A stretch of 64,000 bases of DNA from Candidatus Limnocylindria bacterium. Its GTDB lineage: Bacteria > Chloroflexota > Limnocylindria > QHBO01. A program made the position numbers and the translations under genes. Below are positions 1 to 16,634 of this stretch, one piece after another. The notes under the pieces are model-generated. The model was not told where the DNA came from, made no database searches, and was given only the letters and a program-made list of their open reading frames with translations. The stretch's first letter is position 1; each line of letters starts with the position of its first letter. The DNA lies in contig DATADC010000073.1 in assembly GCA_036258735.1 (NCBI GenBank), positions 6,694 to 70,693 of the forward strand. Reading direction: 5' to 3'.

Positions 1-75
1 ATCGCGCGAGACCGTACCATCCCCCGGCTGGTGGCGGAGGCGGGCGAACGGCGCTACCCGGGCTTCACCGCGGGC

Positions 76-681
76 TCATCGGCCGACCTCCTTCTCCTCG
101 CCGCGCAGGTCGCGGGCGGCAGCAACCTCCGCCTCCGGGGCACCGCAGCGCACGAGCAGGTCGACAGCGATCCCCGCCAGCCGGCGCGCGGTCGTCACGT
201 CGCCCAGATCCAGGGCGGCGCGACCCATGCCCAGCGCAGCCAGCCCCTCCTCGCGCTCGGCGCCGATGTCCCGCGCCTCGCTGATGGCCTCGGCGTAGTA
301 GCGACGGGCGCTGGCGGGGTCCCCGGCCGCGGCCCGGACGTCGCCGATCAACCGCGCGGCACGCGTTGCCGCCAGCTCCATGCCGGCGCGCTCGAAGTGC
401 CACAGCGCGCGGTGGCCCCACACGTCGGCGGCCCACCACTCGGCGGAGGCAGTCGCGCTCTCCATCGCGGCCGACGCTGCGGCGCCGGCGCGGCGGTGGT
501 CGTCATCGGCCTCCGCGGCAAGGTACGGCGACGCGAGCTCGCCTTGGCGCAGCCGCAGCGGCAACGGCCGGAGTCCGCGCGGCGCCGGCACATCGTTCCT
601 GCCCAGCAGCGAGCGGACGCGCTCCGCGAGGCGGCGCAGGGGTCCGGGTGGCGGCTCTCCCCACCGCGTCGGCGGTGGCAT
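76..681 (-). CDS. hypothetical TPR-like helical repeat protein (about 201 aa) immediately downstream of metK
   Basis: Minus-frame ORF starts at ATG 679-681 (MPPPTRW...), 11 nt after the metK stop. The C-terminal 130 aa (ARRYYAEAISEARDIGAEREEGLAALGMGRAALDLGDV...) reads like TPR/helical repeats with high GC3. The long ORF track entry 76..1962 is this frame running antisense through metK. The in-phase plus ORF 31..807 is low-complexity R/P/G-rich and judged antisense noise. Confidence 0.3.
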   Translation of the reverse strand: MPPPTRWGEPPPGPLRRLAERVRSLLGRNDVPAPRGLRPLPLRLRQGELASPYLAAEADDDHRRAGAAASAAMESATASAEWWAADVWGHRALWHFERAGMELAATRAARLIGDVRAAAGDPASARRYYAEAISEARDIGAEREEGLAALGMGRAALDLGDVTTARRLAGIAVDLLVRCGAPEAEVAAARDLRGEEKEVGR

Positions 682-692
682 CGGTCCAGCCG

Positions 693-1913
693 TCAGGCGG
701 GGAGGCTGGTGGGCTCGCCGCGGAGGCCCGCGGATTCGCGCAGGACGCCGGCCCGGTCCGTTCGCTCCCACGGCAGGTCGAGATCGCTGCGGCCAAAGTG
801 CCCATAGGCGGCGGTGCGCGCGTAGATGGGCCGACGCAGGCCGAGCATCTCGATGATGGCACCCGGGCGCAGGTCGAAGTGCTCCGCGATGACCGCGGTG
901 ATCCGATCCTCCGGCACGGCCGCCGTCCCGAAGGTCTCGACGTTGACCGCCAGCGGATGCGCGACGCCGATGGCGTACGCCAGCTGCAGCTCGCAGCGGC
1001 GCGCCAGGCCGGCGGCAACCACGTTCTTGGCAACGTAGCGAGCCATGTAGGCACCGGATCGGTCCACCTTGGTGGGATCCTTGCCCGAGAAGCTGCCGCC
1101 GCCGTGGCGCGCCATGCCGCCGTACGTGTCCACGATGATCTTCCGGCCTGATAGTCCGGAGTCGCCCATCGGCCCCCCGATAACGAAGCGCCCGGTTGGA
1201 TTCACGAGGAAGCGCGTCCCGGGGTCGAGCAGATGGGCCGGCACCGGGGGGCGGATGACGAGCTCGCGGACCGCCTCCTCCAGGTCCGGGTAGGCCACCT
1301 CGGGGTCGTGCTGCGTGCTGACCACGACCGTCGCCACGCGCAGGGGCCGGCCGGACGCGTCGTACTCCACGGTAACCTGGCTCTTGCCATCCGGGCGCAG
1401 GAACGGCAGCTGGCCGCTCTTGCGCGCGTCCGCCAGCCGTCGGGCGACCTGGTGGGCGAGCTGGATGGGCATCGGCATCAGCTCGGGCGTCTCGTCGACG
1501 GCGTAGCCGAACATCATCCCCTGGTCGCCGGCCCCCAGTTCGTCGGGGTCCTCGCCCCGCCTCGACTCGAGCGCACGGTCCACGCCGAGCGCGATGTCCG
1601 GCGACTGCTCCTTGATGGCGGTGATGGTCCCGCACGTCTCCCAGTCGAAGCCGAGGCGGCTGTCGTTGTAGCCGATGTCCCGCACGGTGTTGCGCACCAC
1701 CGCCTGCACGTCGCAGTACGTCTCGGTCGTCATCTCGCCGAGGACCAGGACCAGGCCGGTGGTGACCGCCACCTCGATCGCAACCCGGGCGTTTGTGTCG
1801 CGGGCCAGGACGTCGTCCAGGACGGCATCGGCCACCGCGTCGCACAGCTTGTCGGGGTGCCCCTCGGTGACCGATTCGGAGGTGAACGGCACGCGGCGCT
1901 CGGGGTCTGACAT
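693..1913 (-). CDS. metK: S-adenosylmethionine synthetase
   Basis: Translation [29 protein letters not shown]...[34 protein letters not shown] is the canonical MetK signature. Start taken at the internal ATG 1911-1913 (MSDPERR) rather than the ORF-track start. Confidence 0.95.
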   Translation of the reverse strand: MSDPERRVPFTSESVTEGHPDKLCDAVADAVLDDVLARDTNARVAIEVAVTTGLVLVLGEMTTETYCDVQAVVRNTVRDIGYNDSRLGFDWETCGTITAIKEQSPDIALGVDRALESRRGEDPDELGAGDQGMMFGYAVDETPELMPMPIQLAHQVARRLADARKSGQLPFLRPDGKSQVTVEYDASGRPLRVATVVVSTQHDPEVAYPDLEEAVRELVIRPPVPAHLLDPGTRFLVNPTGRFVIGGPMGDSGLSGRKIIVDTYGGMARHGGGSFSGKDPTKVDRSGAYMARYVAKNVVAAGLARRCELQLAYAIGVAHPLAVNVETFGTAAVPEDRITAVIAEHFDLRPGAIIEMLGLRRPIYARTAAYGHFGRSDLDLPWERTDRAGVLRESAGLRGEPTSLPA

Positions 1914-1975
1914 GGGCGCGAGTGTAGCGCGGGCCCCATGCGACCAGCTCACGCCGATTCATGCCGTCGGGTGAA

Positions 1976-3154
1976 TCAGGAGGGACTCAAGTCCGGTTCG
2001 CTCCTCGCGGCCTGAGTCGCCGGCGCGACCAGCAGCGCGGCGACAACCGTGGTCAGCGGCACTGCGGCGACGATCCCGATGCTGCCCGCCAGGGCCCTCA
2101 CCACCTCCACCGCCAGCAGTTCGCCATTGATGGCCACGAGCGGCGAGGACTCGCCGACCGCGAAGAGGAGCAGCAGCGGCAGCGAGGCGCCGACGTAGGC
2201 GAGCACCAGTGTGTTGACCGTGGCGCCGATGTGCGACCGCCCGATGGCCATGGCGCGCGCGAACACCGCCGAGCGCGGCATGTGAGGCGTGCCGGCCCTT
2301 AGCTCGGCCACGGCGGCGGCCTGCGTGACGGTCACGTCGTCGAGCACCCCGAGCGCGCCGAGGATGGTGCCAGCCAGCAGCATCCCGCCGAGGTCAACCT
2401 GCTCGCCCAGCAGCACGACCAGGAACGCCACTTCCTCGCTGCCCTGGAGCGACGAGAAGCGGGCGGCCTCCGTGGCCAGGTGCGCCAGAACCGCGGTCAC
2501 GGCAAGCGCTGCGGCCGTGCCCAGGATCGCGGCAAGCGTAGTCCGCCGCGCGCCCTCGGTCAGCAGCAGCGTCACGACGGTCACGCCCGCGGCGGTGCCG
2601 ATCGCCAGCGGCAGCGGCTGCCAGCCAGCCAGCAGCAGTGGGATGAGCAGCTTTCCGATGACCAGCAGCGTGAAGGCGAGCGCGACCAGCGAGCGTGCGC
2701 CTCGTAGCCCGCCGACCAGCAGCACCGCCACCACGAAGCCGGCCGCCAGCCACGTGAGCAGCGGTACGCGCCACGGTTCGTCGACCGTCACGAACCCGCC
2801 CGCCGGGCCGGTGAAGGCCGATACGACGACCTCCTCGCCCACCTCGTAGCGTTGCCGCTCGGCTCCCGGCAGGGCCACGCCCGGCTGCTGAACGACGGCG
2901 TCCACCTCGTGGCCCGCCCGCTCGCCCTCCGCAAGGCGGACTCGGACGAGCGGCTGGCCGGCCGGGTCGGTGCGTTCGCCAGCCTCGGTGACCGTTGCCC
3001 GCCACCGTTCCTGGCCAGGGTCCGCGACGGTGGGCGATCTCGCCACGTCGGGCATCAACCACAAGGCGGCCAGCAGCAGCAGCCCGGCCGCCAGCGGCAA
3101 GACGTTCCGCACCACCACGGCCGGTATGCTGCCCGATCGTGCGCCTCCCAACAT
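1976..3154 (-). CDS. YibE/F family membrane protein
   Basis: 392 aa with an N-terminal TM segment, an extracytoplasmic domain and then 6 or more TM helices (LLIPLLLAGWQPLPLAIGTAAGVTVVTLLLTEGARR...VGASLPLLLLFAVGESSPLV), typical of YibE/F. Confidence 0.75.
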   Translation of the reverse strand: MLGGARSGSIPAVVVRNVLPLAAGLLLLAALWLMPDVARSPTVADPGQERWRATVTEAGERTDPAGQPLVRVRLAEGERAGHEVDAVVQQPGVALPGAERQRYEVGEEVVVSAFTGPAGGFVTVDEPWRVPLLTWLAAGFVVAVLLVGGLRGARSLVALAFTLLVIGKLLIPLLLAGWQPLPLAIGTAAGVTVVTLLLTEGARRTTLAAILGTAAALAVTAVLAHLATEAARFSSLQGSEEVAFLVVLLGEQVDLGGMLLAGTILGALGVLDDVTVTQAAAVAELRAGTPHMPRSAVFARAMAIGRSHIGATVNTLVLAYVGASLPLLLLFAVGESSPLVAINGELLAVEVVRALAGSIGIVAAVPLTTVVAALLVAPATQAARSEPDLSPS

Positions 3155-4464
3155 CGCCCCTGTGGAGCAACGGCGCCTTCGTCCGCCTGTGGAGCGGCCG
3201 CACGATTTCCATCTTCGGCTCGCTCATCACGCGCATGGCGCTGCCCTTCGTCGCCATCCTGGTGCTCGACGCCGGCGCCGTGGAGGTCGCCTTCTTGCGG
3301 TCGGTCGACCTGGCAGCCGCGCTGCTGTTCGGCCTCCTGGCCGGCGCTTGGGTGGACCGATTGCGCCGCCGCCCGGTCCTCGTCTGGTCCGACCTCGCGC
3401 GCGCCGTCCTCCTGGCGTCGATCCCCGTCGCCTACCTGCTTGGGGCCCTCACGCTCATTCAGGTCTTCGTGGTCGCGGGCCTGGCCGCAGTCCTGACGAC
3501 CTTCGCCGATGCCGCCGACAATGCCTACCTTCCCACCATCGTCCAGCGCGACCAGCTGGTGCCCGCCAACGGGGCGCTGGTGGCCAGCGGCTCGGCGGCA
3601 GAGTTCACGGCCTTCGGCATCAGCGGCTTCCTGGTGCAGCTGCTGACGGCGCCGATCGCGATCGTCATCGACGCGTGCACGTTCCTCGTATCGGCCGTCC
3701 TGATCGGCTCCATCCGTCGACCAGAGCCACCTCCACCGCCGGTCGAGGACCGCGAACCGGTGCTCCACGAGATCGCCGCCGGGCTGCGCATCACCTTCCG
3801 GGACCCGGTGCTGCGCGCCTTCGCCATCGGGCAGATGGCGCAGTCGGCCATGTGGGGCGTATTCGGCGCGGTGTGGATCCTGTTCGCCACGCGCGACCTG
3901 GGGCTGGGACCGGCGGCAATCGGCCTCATCGCCGGCGTGGGCGGCGCGGCCTCCTTCGGCGGCGCGGTGCTTGCGGACCGCTCGACACGCCGCTGGGGCG
4001 TCGGCCCGGTGGCGATCTTCGCCATGCTGCTCGCCGCCTTCGGCAACCTGCTCATCCCGCTGGCGCCCGCCGGCGCTCCGTTACTGGCGGTGCTGTTCCT
4101 GTGCGGGCAGCAGCTGATCGGCGATAGCGGCGTCACGGTCTACGACGTGACCGAGACGTCCGTCCGCCAGGCGTCCGTCCATGACCGAGCGCTCGGGCGA
4201 GTCGCGTCGTCCTTCACCGTGGCCGCCGGCCTGGTGCAGCTGCTCGCGACCATCGGCGCGGGATTCGCCGCCGAGGCCATTGGCCTGCGCAACGCCGCCT
4301 TCCTGGCGCCGCTGGGCGCGCTGGTGGCGGCCGGCGCGCTGTGGTTCTCGCCGGTCCGCGGCCTTCGGACCTTGCCCGCCGAGCCGGCGCATGGCCTGCC
4401 GCCCCTGGCCGCGGCGGCCGAAGCGGTAGTGGTGACGAGCAGGGACGAGCCGATCGGTGGGTAG
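3139..4464 (+). CDS. MFS transporter (EntS/YbdA-like family)
   Basis: 12-TM profile with the conserved N-terminus FVRLWSGRTISIFGSLITRMALPFVAILVLDAG and an MFS loop motif. Start is provisional at GTG 3139; the annotated ATG at 2995 would run 160 nt into the divergent YibE/F gene. Confidence 0.8.
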   Translation: MRLPTSPLWSNGAFVRLWSGRTISIFGSLITRMALPFVAILVLDAGAVEVAFLRSVDLAAALLFGLLAGAWVDRLRRRPVLVWSDLARAVLLASIPVAYLLGALTLIQVFVVAGLAAVLTTFADAADNAYLPTIVQRDQLVPANGALVASGSAAEFTAFGISGFLVQLLTAPIAIVIDACTFLVSAVLIGSIRRPEPPPPPVEDREPVLHEIAAGLRITFRDPVLRAFAIGQMAQSAMWGVFGAVWILFATRDLGLGPAAIGLIAGVGGAASFGGAVLADRSTRRWGVGPVAIFAMLLAAFGNLLIPLAPAGAPLLAVLFLCGQQLIGDSGVTVYDVTETSVRQASVHDRALGRVASSFTVAAGLVQLLATIGAGFAAEAIGLRNAAFLAPLGALVAAGALWFSPVRGLRTLPAEPAHGLPPLAAAAEAVVVTSRDEPIGG

Positions 4465-5736
4465 CTAGGTGCCGGACTCCCAGGATTCGGCGTAAGCGCG
4501 CTGCTCCGGCGTCAGCTTACCGACATCGATGCCCATGCTGCTCAGCTTGAGCCGCGCCACCTCGCGGTCGATCTCGTCTGGGATGCCGTAGACCTGCCGG
4601 TCCAGCTCCGCGGCGCGTGCTCGGAGCCACTCCAGCCCGAGCGCCTGGTTGGCGAAGCTCATGTCCATCACCATGGCCGGGTGGCCCTCGGCGGCGCCCA
4701 GGTTGACCAGGCGCCCATCGGCGAGGACGTAGATGCGGCGCCCATCGGCCATCAGGTACTCGCGCGTGAAGGGCCGGACCTCGCGGGATGAGGTGGCCTG
4801 CTCCTCCAGCGCGCCAAGCTCGAACTCGTCGTTGAAGTGCCCGGCGTTGGCCAGGATGGCCCCGTCGCGCATGGCCGGGAAGTGGTCGCCGCCCCAGACG
4901 TTGAGGTTGCCGGTGGCGCTGATGAAGACGTCTCCCACGCCCGCGGCCTCGGCGGCCGACATGACCCGGAACCCATCCATGGCCGCCTCCAGCGCCCGGA
5001 TCGGGTCCACCTCGACCACCACCACGTTGGCCCCCATGCCATGGGCACGGGTGGCGATCCCCCGACCGACCCAGCCGTAGCCGCCAACGACCACGCTCTT
5101 GCCCGCGAACAGGATGTTCGTGGCGCGCAGGATGCCGTCGATGGCGCTCTGCCCGGTGCCGTAGCGGTTGTCGAACAGGTGCTTGGTGAGCGCCTCGTTG
5201 ACGGCCACGATGGGGTAGGCCAGCTTCTCGGCCTTGGCCATGGCCCGCAGACGGATGACGCCGGTGGTCGTCTCCTCGGTGCCGCCGATGACCTCGCCGA
5301 GCAGCTCGGTGCGGCGGGTGTGCAGCTCGTTCACCAGGTCCGCGCCGTCGTCCATGGTGACCTGCGGCTGGTGGTCCAGCGCCGCGGCGATGTGCGAGTA
5401 GTACGAATCGCGATCCTCGCCCTTGATGGCGTAGGTCGGGATGCCGTGGTGCGCCACCAGCGAGGCGGCCACGTCGTCCTGAGTGGAGAGCGGGTTCGAG
5501 GAGCACAGGACCGCATCGGCCCCGCCCGCGGCGAGGGTGCGCATGAGGTTGGCCGTCTCGGCGGTCACGTGCAGGCAGGCGCTGATGCGCCAGCCCTGAA
5601 GCGGCCGCTCACGTTCGAAGCGCTCCCGGATGCCAGCCAGGACCGGCATCTGGCGATCGGCCCATTCGATCCTCAGCGCGCCGGCATCGGCCAGGCCGAT
5701 GTCCGCGATGTCGCCCCTTACCTCTGGTCGCGTTGC
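4465..5736 (-). CDS. ahcY: adenosylhomocysteinase
   Basis: [25 protein letters not shown]...[15 protein letters not shown]...[13 protein letters not shown] is the SAHH signature. Start moved to GTG 5734-5736 because codons between 5737 and 5781 are low-GC3 (aga, gta, agg, gat) and that stretch is the 3' end of the upstream GNAT gene in its own frame. The ATG at 5781 remains an alternative. Confidence 0.92.
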   Translation of the reverse strand, partial: ATRPEVRGDIADIGLADAGALRIEWADRQMPVLAGIRERFERERPLQGWRISACLHVTAETANLMRTLAAGGADAVLCSSNPLSTQDDVAASLVAHHGIPTYAIKGEDRDSYYSHIAAALDHQPQVTMDDGADLVNELHTRRTELLGEVIGGTEETTTGVIRLRAMAKAEKLAYPIVAVNEALTKHLFDNRYGTGQSAIDGILRATNILFAGKSVVVGGYGWVGRGIATRAHGMGANVVVVEVDPIRALEAAMDGFRVMSAAEAAGVGDVFISATGNLNVWGGDHFPAMRDGAILANAGHFNDEFELGALEEQATSSREVRPFTREYLMADGRRIYVLADGRLVNLGAAEGHPAMVMDMSFANQALGLEWLRARAAELDRQVYGIPDEIDREVARLKLSSMGIDVGKLTPEQRAYAESWESGT

Positions 5737-6578
5737 CACGGCAGTCGAATCGCCTCTCGTATCGGTCTCATCAGGCCCCATCCGCCGCTGCGGCGGTGCC
5801 CCAGGCGCTCGGTGAGCAGGTGCTGGTCACGGTAGCCGAGCCGCCGGTAGGCCGCCACCGCCGGCTCGTTCTCGGCGTGGACGTTGAGCACCACGTCGCC
5901 GACCCGCTGCAGCAGGTCCGCGGTCACCGCGCTGGTGACCATCTTGGCGAAGTCATGGCCGCGGTAGTCGACGTGCGTCATGACGTTGCCGACCACCGCG
6001 ATCCCCTCGCGCTGGCTGATGACGTGCGTGCCGGCCGCGCTCACCAGGCGGCCTCCCACCCGGACGCCGTAGTACACGCCGTCCTCCACGACCGATGCCG
6101 GAAAGCCGCCCCGGAACCCGAGCTGGTAGAGGTGGTTCAGGTCCTCGACGTCGCCGGCGAGCAGCCGCTCGGCCGGCCCGGCGAACGACACGAACGTCGC
6201 CGCGTTCACCGCCATGCGCAGCAGGTACTGCTTCGTCTCCAGCTCGTAAAGGTCGCTGACGGCGGCGTCGATGGCATCGGTGCCCATGAAGTAGGCGTCC
6301 CGCGGCCGGATCACGGTGTCCAGGATCTCGCGGCACCCGACCGGGTCGCCCATCAAGAACAGAGGCTGGGGGACCAGGCCCTCCTGGTGCATGATCAGCG
6401 CAACCGGCCGGCCCAGGTCGTCGTAGGCCATCCCCCACGTGCACCGATGCCGGTTCGGGCCGTCCAGGTCGCCGAAGATGTAGGCGGCGTAGATGCGATC
6501 CGTGCGCAGGTAGGCGACGATCTCGTCGCGGTCCGCGACGGCCCGGGCGTAGAGATCGGCCTTCGGCAGGACGGCCAT
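5718..6578 (-). CDS. GNAT family N-acetyltransferase (FR47-like C-terminal acetyltransferase fold)
   Basis: 286 aa. C-terminal [24 protein letters not shown]...[17 protein letters not shown] is a GNAT motif A/B arrangement. Confidence 0.7.
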   Translation of the reverse strand: MAVLPKADLYARAVADRDEIVAYLRTDRIYAAYIFGDLDGPNRHRCTWGMAYDDLGRPVALIMHQEGLVPQPLFLMGDPVGCREILDTVIRPRDAYFMGTDAIDAAVSDLYELETKQYLLRMAVNAATFVSFAGPAERLLAGDVEDLNHLYQLGFRGGFPASVVEDGVYYGVRVGGRLVSAAGTHVISQREGIAVVGNVMTHVDYRGHDFAKMVTSAVTADLLQRVGDVVLNVHAENEPAVAAYRRLGYRDQHLLTERLGHRRSGGWGLMRPIREAIRLPWQRDQR

Positions 6579-6597
6579 TGGCGATCGGCCTCGTCCT

Positions 6598-7128
6598 TCA
6601 GTAACTCAGCAGGGTGTGGATCTGGAACTCGGACAGCTTGTCGCGCCCGTTGAGCGCGCTGAGCTCGACCATGAAGGACAGGCCCGCGATCTCGCCGCCC
6701 AGCTGCCGCACCAGCTCGATGGTGCCCAGGACGGTCCCGCCGGTCGCCAGCAGGTCGTCGACCAGCAGCACCCTTTGGCCGGGCTGGATTGCGTCGCGGT
6801 GGATCTCCAGGGTGGCCGTGCCGTACTCGAGGTCGTACTCGACCTCGATCGTTTCGGCGGGCAGCTTCCCAAGCTTGCGCACCGGGACGAAACCGGCGTT
6901 CAGCCGGTAGGCGAGGGGTGCCGCGAAGATGAACCCGCGCGACTCCATGCCCACCACCACGTCCACCCTCTGGTCCTTGACCGCGTCCGCCATCTGGTCG
7001 ATGACCGCGGCGAAGGCCTCCGCGTCCTTGAGCAGGGTGGTGATGTCGTAGAAGAGGATCCCCGGCTTCGGGAAGTCGGGAACCTCGCGGATCTTGGCGC
7101 GCAGGTCGTCGACTGACGTGACGGTCAC
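6598..7128 (-). CDS. apt: adenine phosphoribosyltransferase
   Basis: [25 protein letters not shown]...[14 protein letters not shown] is the classic APRT PRPP-binding motif. Confidence 0.93.
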   Translation of the reverse strand: MTVTSVDDLRAKIREVPDFPKPGILFYDITTLLKDAEAFAAVIDQMADAVKDQRVDVVVGMESRGFIFAAPLAYRLNAGFVPVRKLGKLPAETIEVEYDLEYGTATLEIHRDAIQPGQRVLLVDDLLATGGTVLGTIELVRQLGGEIAGLSFMVELSALNGRDKLSEFQIHTLLSY

Positions 7129-7280
7129 CGGGCACTCCCAGGTCGTGTTTCGAGGGGAAGGTCAGAGTCTATCCCGATGCCGGCGCGGGCGGCAATGGAA
7201 GCCGAGACCCGTACCGCCGCTCATGCTGCCAACGAGCATTTGGCAACCAATGGTGGCCGGGGGAGACGCTGGACCCTGCT

Positions 7281-7416
7281 TGCGTCGCTGATTGCAACGC
7301 GGCGCGCACGAAGCCCCCGCTCCGGTGGCGTATGCGTCGCTGGGTGCAACGCGGCGCGCGCGAAGTCCCGCTCGCGCGTGCATTGTGTCGCCGGGCGCAA
7401 CGCGCCGCGGGAACGG
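7281..7416. repeat. tandem direct repeat, about 2.7 copies of a 51-52 bp unit (core GTCGCTG[A/G][T/G]TGCAACGCGGCGCGC[A/G]CGAAG)
   Basis: Units start at 7281, 7333 and about 7384. Each unit carries a GC-rich imperfect hairpin, for example GGCGCGCGCGaagtcccgctCGCGCGTGC. Lies in the 294-bp intergenic gap between the acnA stop and the apt start. Confidence 0.6.
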
Positions 7417-7422
7417 GTGCTC

Positions 7423-10296
<2,874 letters not shown>

Positions 10297-10664
10297 GGGA
10301 TCGCGCCTCCTTCGTCAGCCCGCGCTCGTGGCGCGGGGTCGGTCGAGTCGGCGCCGGACGGGTGCGCCCGTCCCGGGTCGAGGATTCGCCAGGAGTATAC
10401 GCCGGTCCGGATTCCGGTGGCTCCACACGGCACCGGCGATAGGTCGCGAAGCCCGCCAGAGCGCCGTGCCGGGCGGTTCTGCGAGCTGTATCGAACGCGC
10501 TTGGGCGCAAGCCACGTCGGGCCGACGCGCCAGTGCGGGCGGCCGGTGGCCGAGAGGCTCGCTGAGTGAGCACAACGGAGAAGCAGCCGTCGAAATCGGC
10601 CTTTCCGTCGCCTCGGTGCTCGGCTGGCGAGCGCCAGTGACAGCGGGAGGCGGAATCCTGTCCG

Positions 10665-14104
<3,440 letters not shown>

Positions 14105-14108
<4 letters not shown>

Positions 14109-14713
14109 CCGGGCGCCGCCGCCAGGTCGAGGCCGTTGAAGGCGTTCATGGCCGCGTCGACGCCATCGCGCAGCCACCGCTCTGCCGCGTCCGCCGCGGC
14201 CGCGATCGCCGCGCTCGCCAGCTCCTGCTCGTCGGACCGGAACGTCGAGAGCACGTGGTCCACGGTCGCGCGCGACGTGCCGGGCCGCCCGATCCCCACC
14301 CGTAGCCGCGCGAACTCCGTGCCACCCAACGCGTCGATGATGCTGCGCAGACCGTTGTGGCCGCCCGCCGAACCGTCGCGCCGCAGGCGGAGGCGTCCGA
14401 GCGGGAGATCCACGTCGTCGGCGACGACCAGCACGTCGCCAGCGACATCCACGTCGGTCTGGCGGATGGCGGCGCGCAGCGCGCCGCCGGAGAGGTTCAT
14501 GTAGCGCATCGGCTTCACCAGCAGCACGCGCTCCGAGCCAGCCTCGTTCCCAAGGTCCAAGCCAACCTCCAGCTGCGCCGCGCCGTCTCGGACGCGCCCC
14601 TGCCCGGTGAGGCCCCATCGGTCGGCCAGCAGGTCGACCACCCGGAATCCAACGTTGTGCCGCGTGAGCCGGTAGCGCTCGCCCGGGTTGCCGAGGCCGC
14701 AGATGACCTTCAC
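14105..14713 (-). CDS. pth: peptidyl-tRNA hydrolase
   Basis: VKVICGLGNPGERYRLTRHNVGF...NGLRSI is the Pth signature. Start set at GTG (VKVICG), since the upstream 72 aa of the track ORF are antisense-type junk. The pth-mfd adjacency is as in Bacillus. Confidence 0.92.
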
Positions 14714-14719
14714 CGGCCG

Positions 14720-15898
14720 ATGGTAGCCTGCCCCATGGCCCACGCCCCGAGCCCGGACGTCGCCATCATCGGAGGCGGCATCATCGGGTGTTCGGCGGCC
14801 GCCATGCTGGCCGAGCGCGGGGCGCGCGTGGTCCTGTTCGAGGGCTCGGCCATCGGTGCCGGCGCATCGGGGCGCAACCTCGGCGTTCTCCAGCACCCGT
14901 TTGACCCGGTGCTCGGCACGCTCTTTCATGACAGCCTGGACCGATACCGCCGGCTGGCGGCCGAGGCCGACTCCGGCTTCCAGCTCGCCGATCGCCCCGC
15001 CGGCCTCTTACTGCTGAACCCCGACGCGGACGCCTCGCGCGCACAGGTGCGACGCCTGGCCGAGGCAGTCCCCGAGCTTGCGCCTTCGTTCATGGACCCC
15101 GACGCGGTGGCAGCCGCCGAGCCGGCGTTGACCCCGGGCTTCGCTGCTTGCCGCCTGGAGACCGGCTACCCGGTGCCGCCCGGCTCGGCGACGGCTGGGT
15201 GGGCCCGGCTGGCGGAACGGCTCGGTGCGCAGGTACGGGTGGGCACCAGCGCCGAGCCGTCGTGGGCGGACGGGCAGCGCGTCGTGGGCGTGCGGCAGTC
15301 CGATGGTGAAGTGGTCGCCGCCGGTACCGTCCTCGTGGCGGCCGGTCCGTCGGCGCCGCCCCTGGCCGATCCGGGCGGGACGTGGCAGCCGATAACGCGT
15401 ACGTGGGGCGTCACCGTCCAGGTTCGGCTCGGCGACCTTGCTCCCCGCCATGTCGTGGAACAGGACGAGGTGGACGCGGTGAACCGTCCGGCGCGAGCAG
15501 CCGAGCGCGCGGCGGCCACGAGCGAGGCGGAGCCCGAGACCCTGTTCTCGATCGCCAGCGCCAGCGGCGTCTCCACGCTCGGCTCGACGTTCCTCCCCGC
15601 CGAGCCCGATCCCGACCGGGTGGCTGAGCTGCTCGTCCGTCGCAGCGCGACCTACCTTCCCGCGCTGGCAACCGCGCCGATCGTCGAGGTGCGCCTCTGC
15701 GCGAGGCCGCAATCGGTGGACGGCCGCCCGTTCGTCGGCCGCGTGCCGTGGGCCGAGGGGCTGTACGTGTGCGCCGGCCACGGGCCGTGGGGCATCTCGA
15801 CAGGACCGGCGTCGGCCGCCCTGATCGTCGACGCGCTCCTCACCGGAACGGAGGCCCGCATCCCGCTGCCCCTCAGGGCTGACCGCGCACCAGGCTGA
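14720..15898 (+). CDS. FAD-dependent oxidoreductase (DAO family; glycine/D-amino-acid oxidase ThiO-like)
   Basis: N-terminal Rossmann motif DVAIIGGGIIGCSAAAMLAERGARVVLFE, with a GHGPWGISTGPASAALIV C-terminus. Start at ATG 14720 (MVACPMAHA), divergent from pth; the track ORF start at 14357 is antisense to pth. Confidence 0.8.
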   Translation: MVACPMAHAPSPDVAIIGGGIIGCSAAAMLAERGARVVLFEGSAIGAGASGRNLGVLQHPFDPVLGTLFHDSLDRYRRLAAEADSGFQLADRPAGLLLLNPDADASRAQVRRLAEAVPELAPSFMDPDAVAAAEPALTPGFAACRLETGYPVPPGSATAGWARLAERLGAQVRVGTSAEPSWADGQRVVGVRQSDGEVVAAGTVLVAAGPSAPPLADPGGTWQPITRTWGVTVQVRLGDLAPRHVVEQDEVDAVNRPARAAERAAATSEAEPETLFSIASASGVSTLGSTFLPAEPDPDRVAELLVRRSATYLPALATAPIVEVRLCARPQSVDGRPFVGRVPWAEGLYVCAGHGPWGISTGPASAALIVDALLTGTEARIPLPLRADRAPG

Positions 15899-15987
15899 AC
15901 GGCCCACGTTCGCAGCGCTGCTGTTGGCGTGGGTGGTTGCGCCGTCCGAGCCCGGCGCCAGCGAGGCGAGCTGACCCGGCGCCCCGT

Positions 15988-16575
15988 CTAGGCGCCCGTC
16001 GAGACCGCGTGGCCCGCTCGGTCGAAGAGTGAGCCGGGCTTCCAGGGCACGTCGCGGTGCCTGCGGTGCAGCGCCGCGAGCACATGCCGCTCGACGCCGC
16101 GCATCGCCGCCTCCTCGTCCAGCTCGGCGTGGTCGTGGCCGAGCAGGTGCAGGCAGCCGTGGATGGTGAGCAGGACCAGCTCCTCGGGGACGCTCCAGTT
16201 TCCCTCTGACGCCTGGCGCACCGCCTGGTCGACGTCGAGCACCACGTCCCCCAGGAGGAGCGGGCCCGGTGGCGTGATGCCGTCGTCATCGGCGAGGTGC
16301 GAGTGGCGGCCGTTCACCGTCCACTCGTGCAGCGGAAAGGCGAGCACGTCGGTTGGGCCGCGCTCGCCCATGTGATCGAAGTTGAGCCGGGTCATCTCGC
16401 GGTCGCTGCACAGCGTGACCTCGACCTCGACCTCCCCGTCGTCCAGCGCCGCGCGCGCGGTCTCGGCGACGGCCGACTCCAGCAGCGAATGCAGCTGTGC
16501 CACCAGCATTGGCTCGATGGCCGCCTGCAGCTGCTCGCGCCCGATGTGGTCGTGGAACGTGACGCTGCACTCCAT
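15988..16575 (-). CDS. ybeY: rRNA maturation RNase YbeY
   Basis: HGCLHLLGHDH zinc-binding motif with DVLAFPL upstream. Start may be the internal ATG (MLVAQLH), 22 aa downstream. Confidence 0.88.
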   Translation of the reverse strand: MECSVTFHDHIGREQLQAAIEPMLVAQLHSLLESAVAETARAALDDGEVEVEVTLCSDREMTRLNFDHMGERGPTDVLAFPLHEWTVNGRHSHLADDDGITPPGPLLLGDVVLDVDQAVRQASEGNWSVPEELVLLTIHGCLHLLGHDHAELDEEAAMRGVERHVLAALHRRHRDVPWKPGSLFDRAGHAVSTGA

Positions 16576-16634
16576 GGCGCGGCCATCGTAGGTGAGGGCC
16601 GTGCACGGCTCAAGATCGCGTGAAGAATGCTGGA

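Noticed and set aside
76-1962. 628-aa minus-strand ORF spanning metK in another frame; also the 258-aa plus ORF 31..807
   Set aside because: Both are R/P/G-rich low-complexity translations antisense to, or out of frame with, the unambiguous metK gene. Only the 76-681 tail of the minus frame (TPR-like) was kept, at low confidence.
1914-1975. SAM riboswitch upstream of metK
   Set aside because: The intergenic space is only 62 bp and lacks the conserved SAM-I helices.
7281-7416. Possibility that the tandem repeats (here and at 32768-32925) are a CRISPR array
   Set aside because: The units are directly contiguous (period 51-52 bp) with no unique spacers and only about 2-3 copies. A CRISPR array needs repeats of 23-47 bp separated by spacers. 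No cas genes are in the window.
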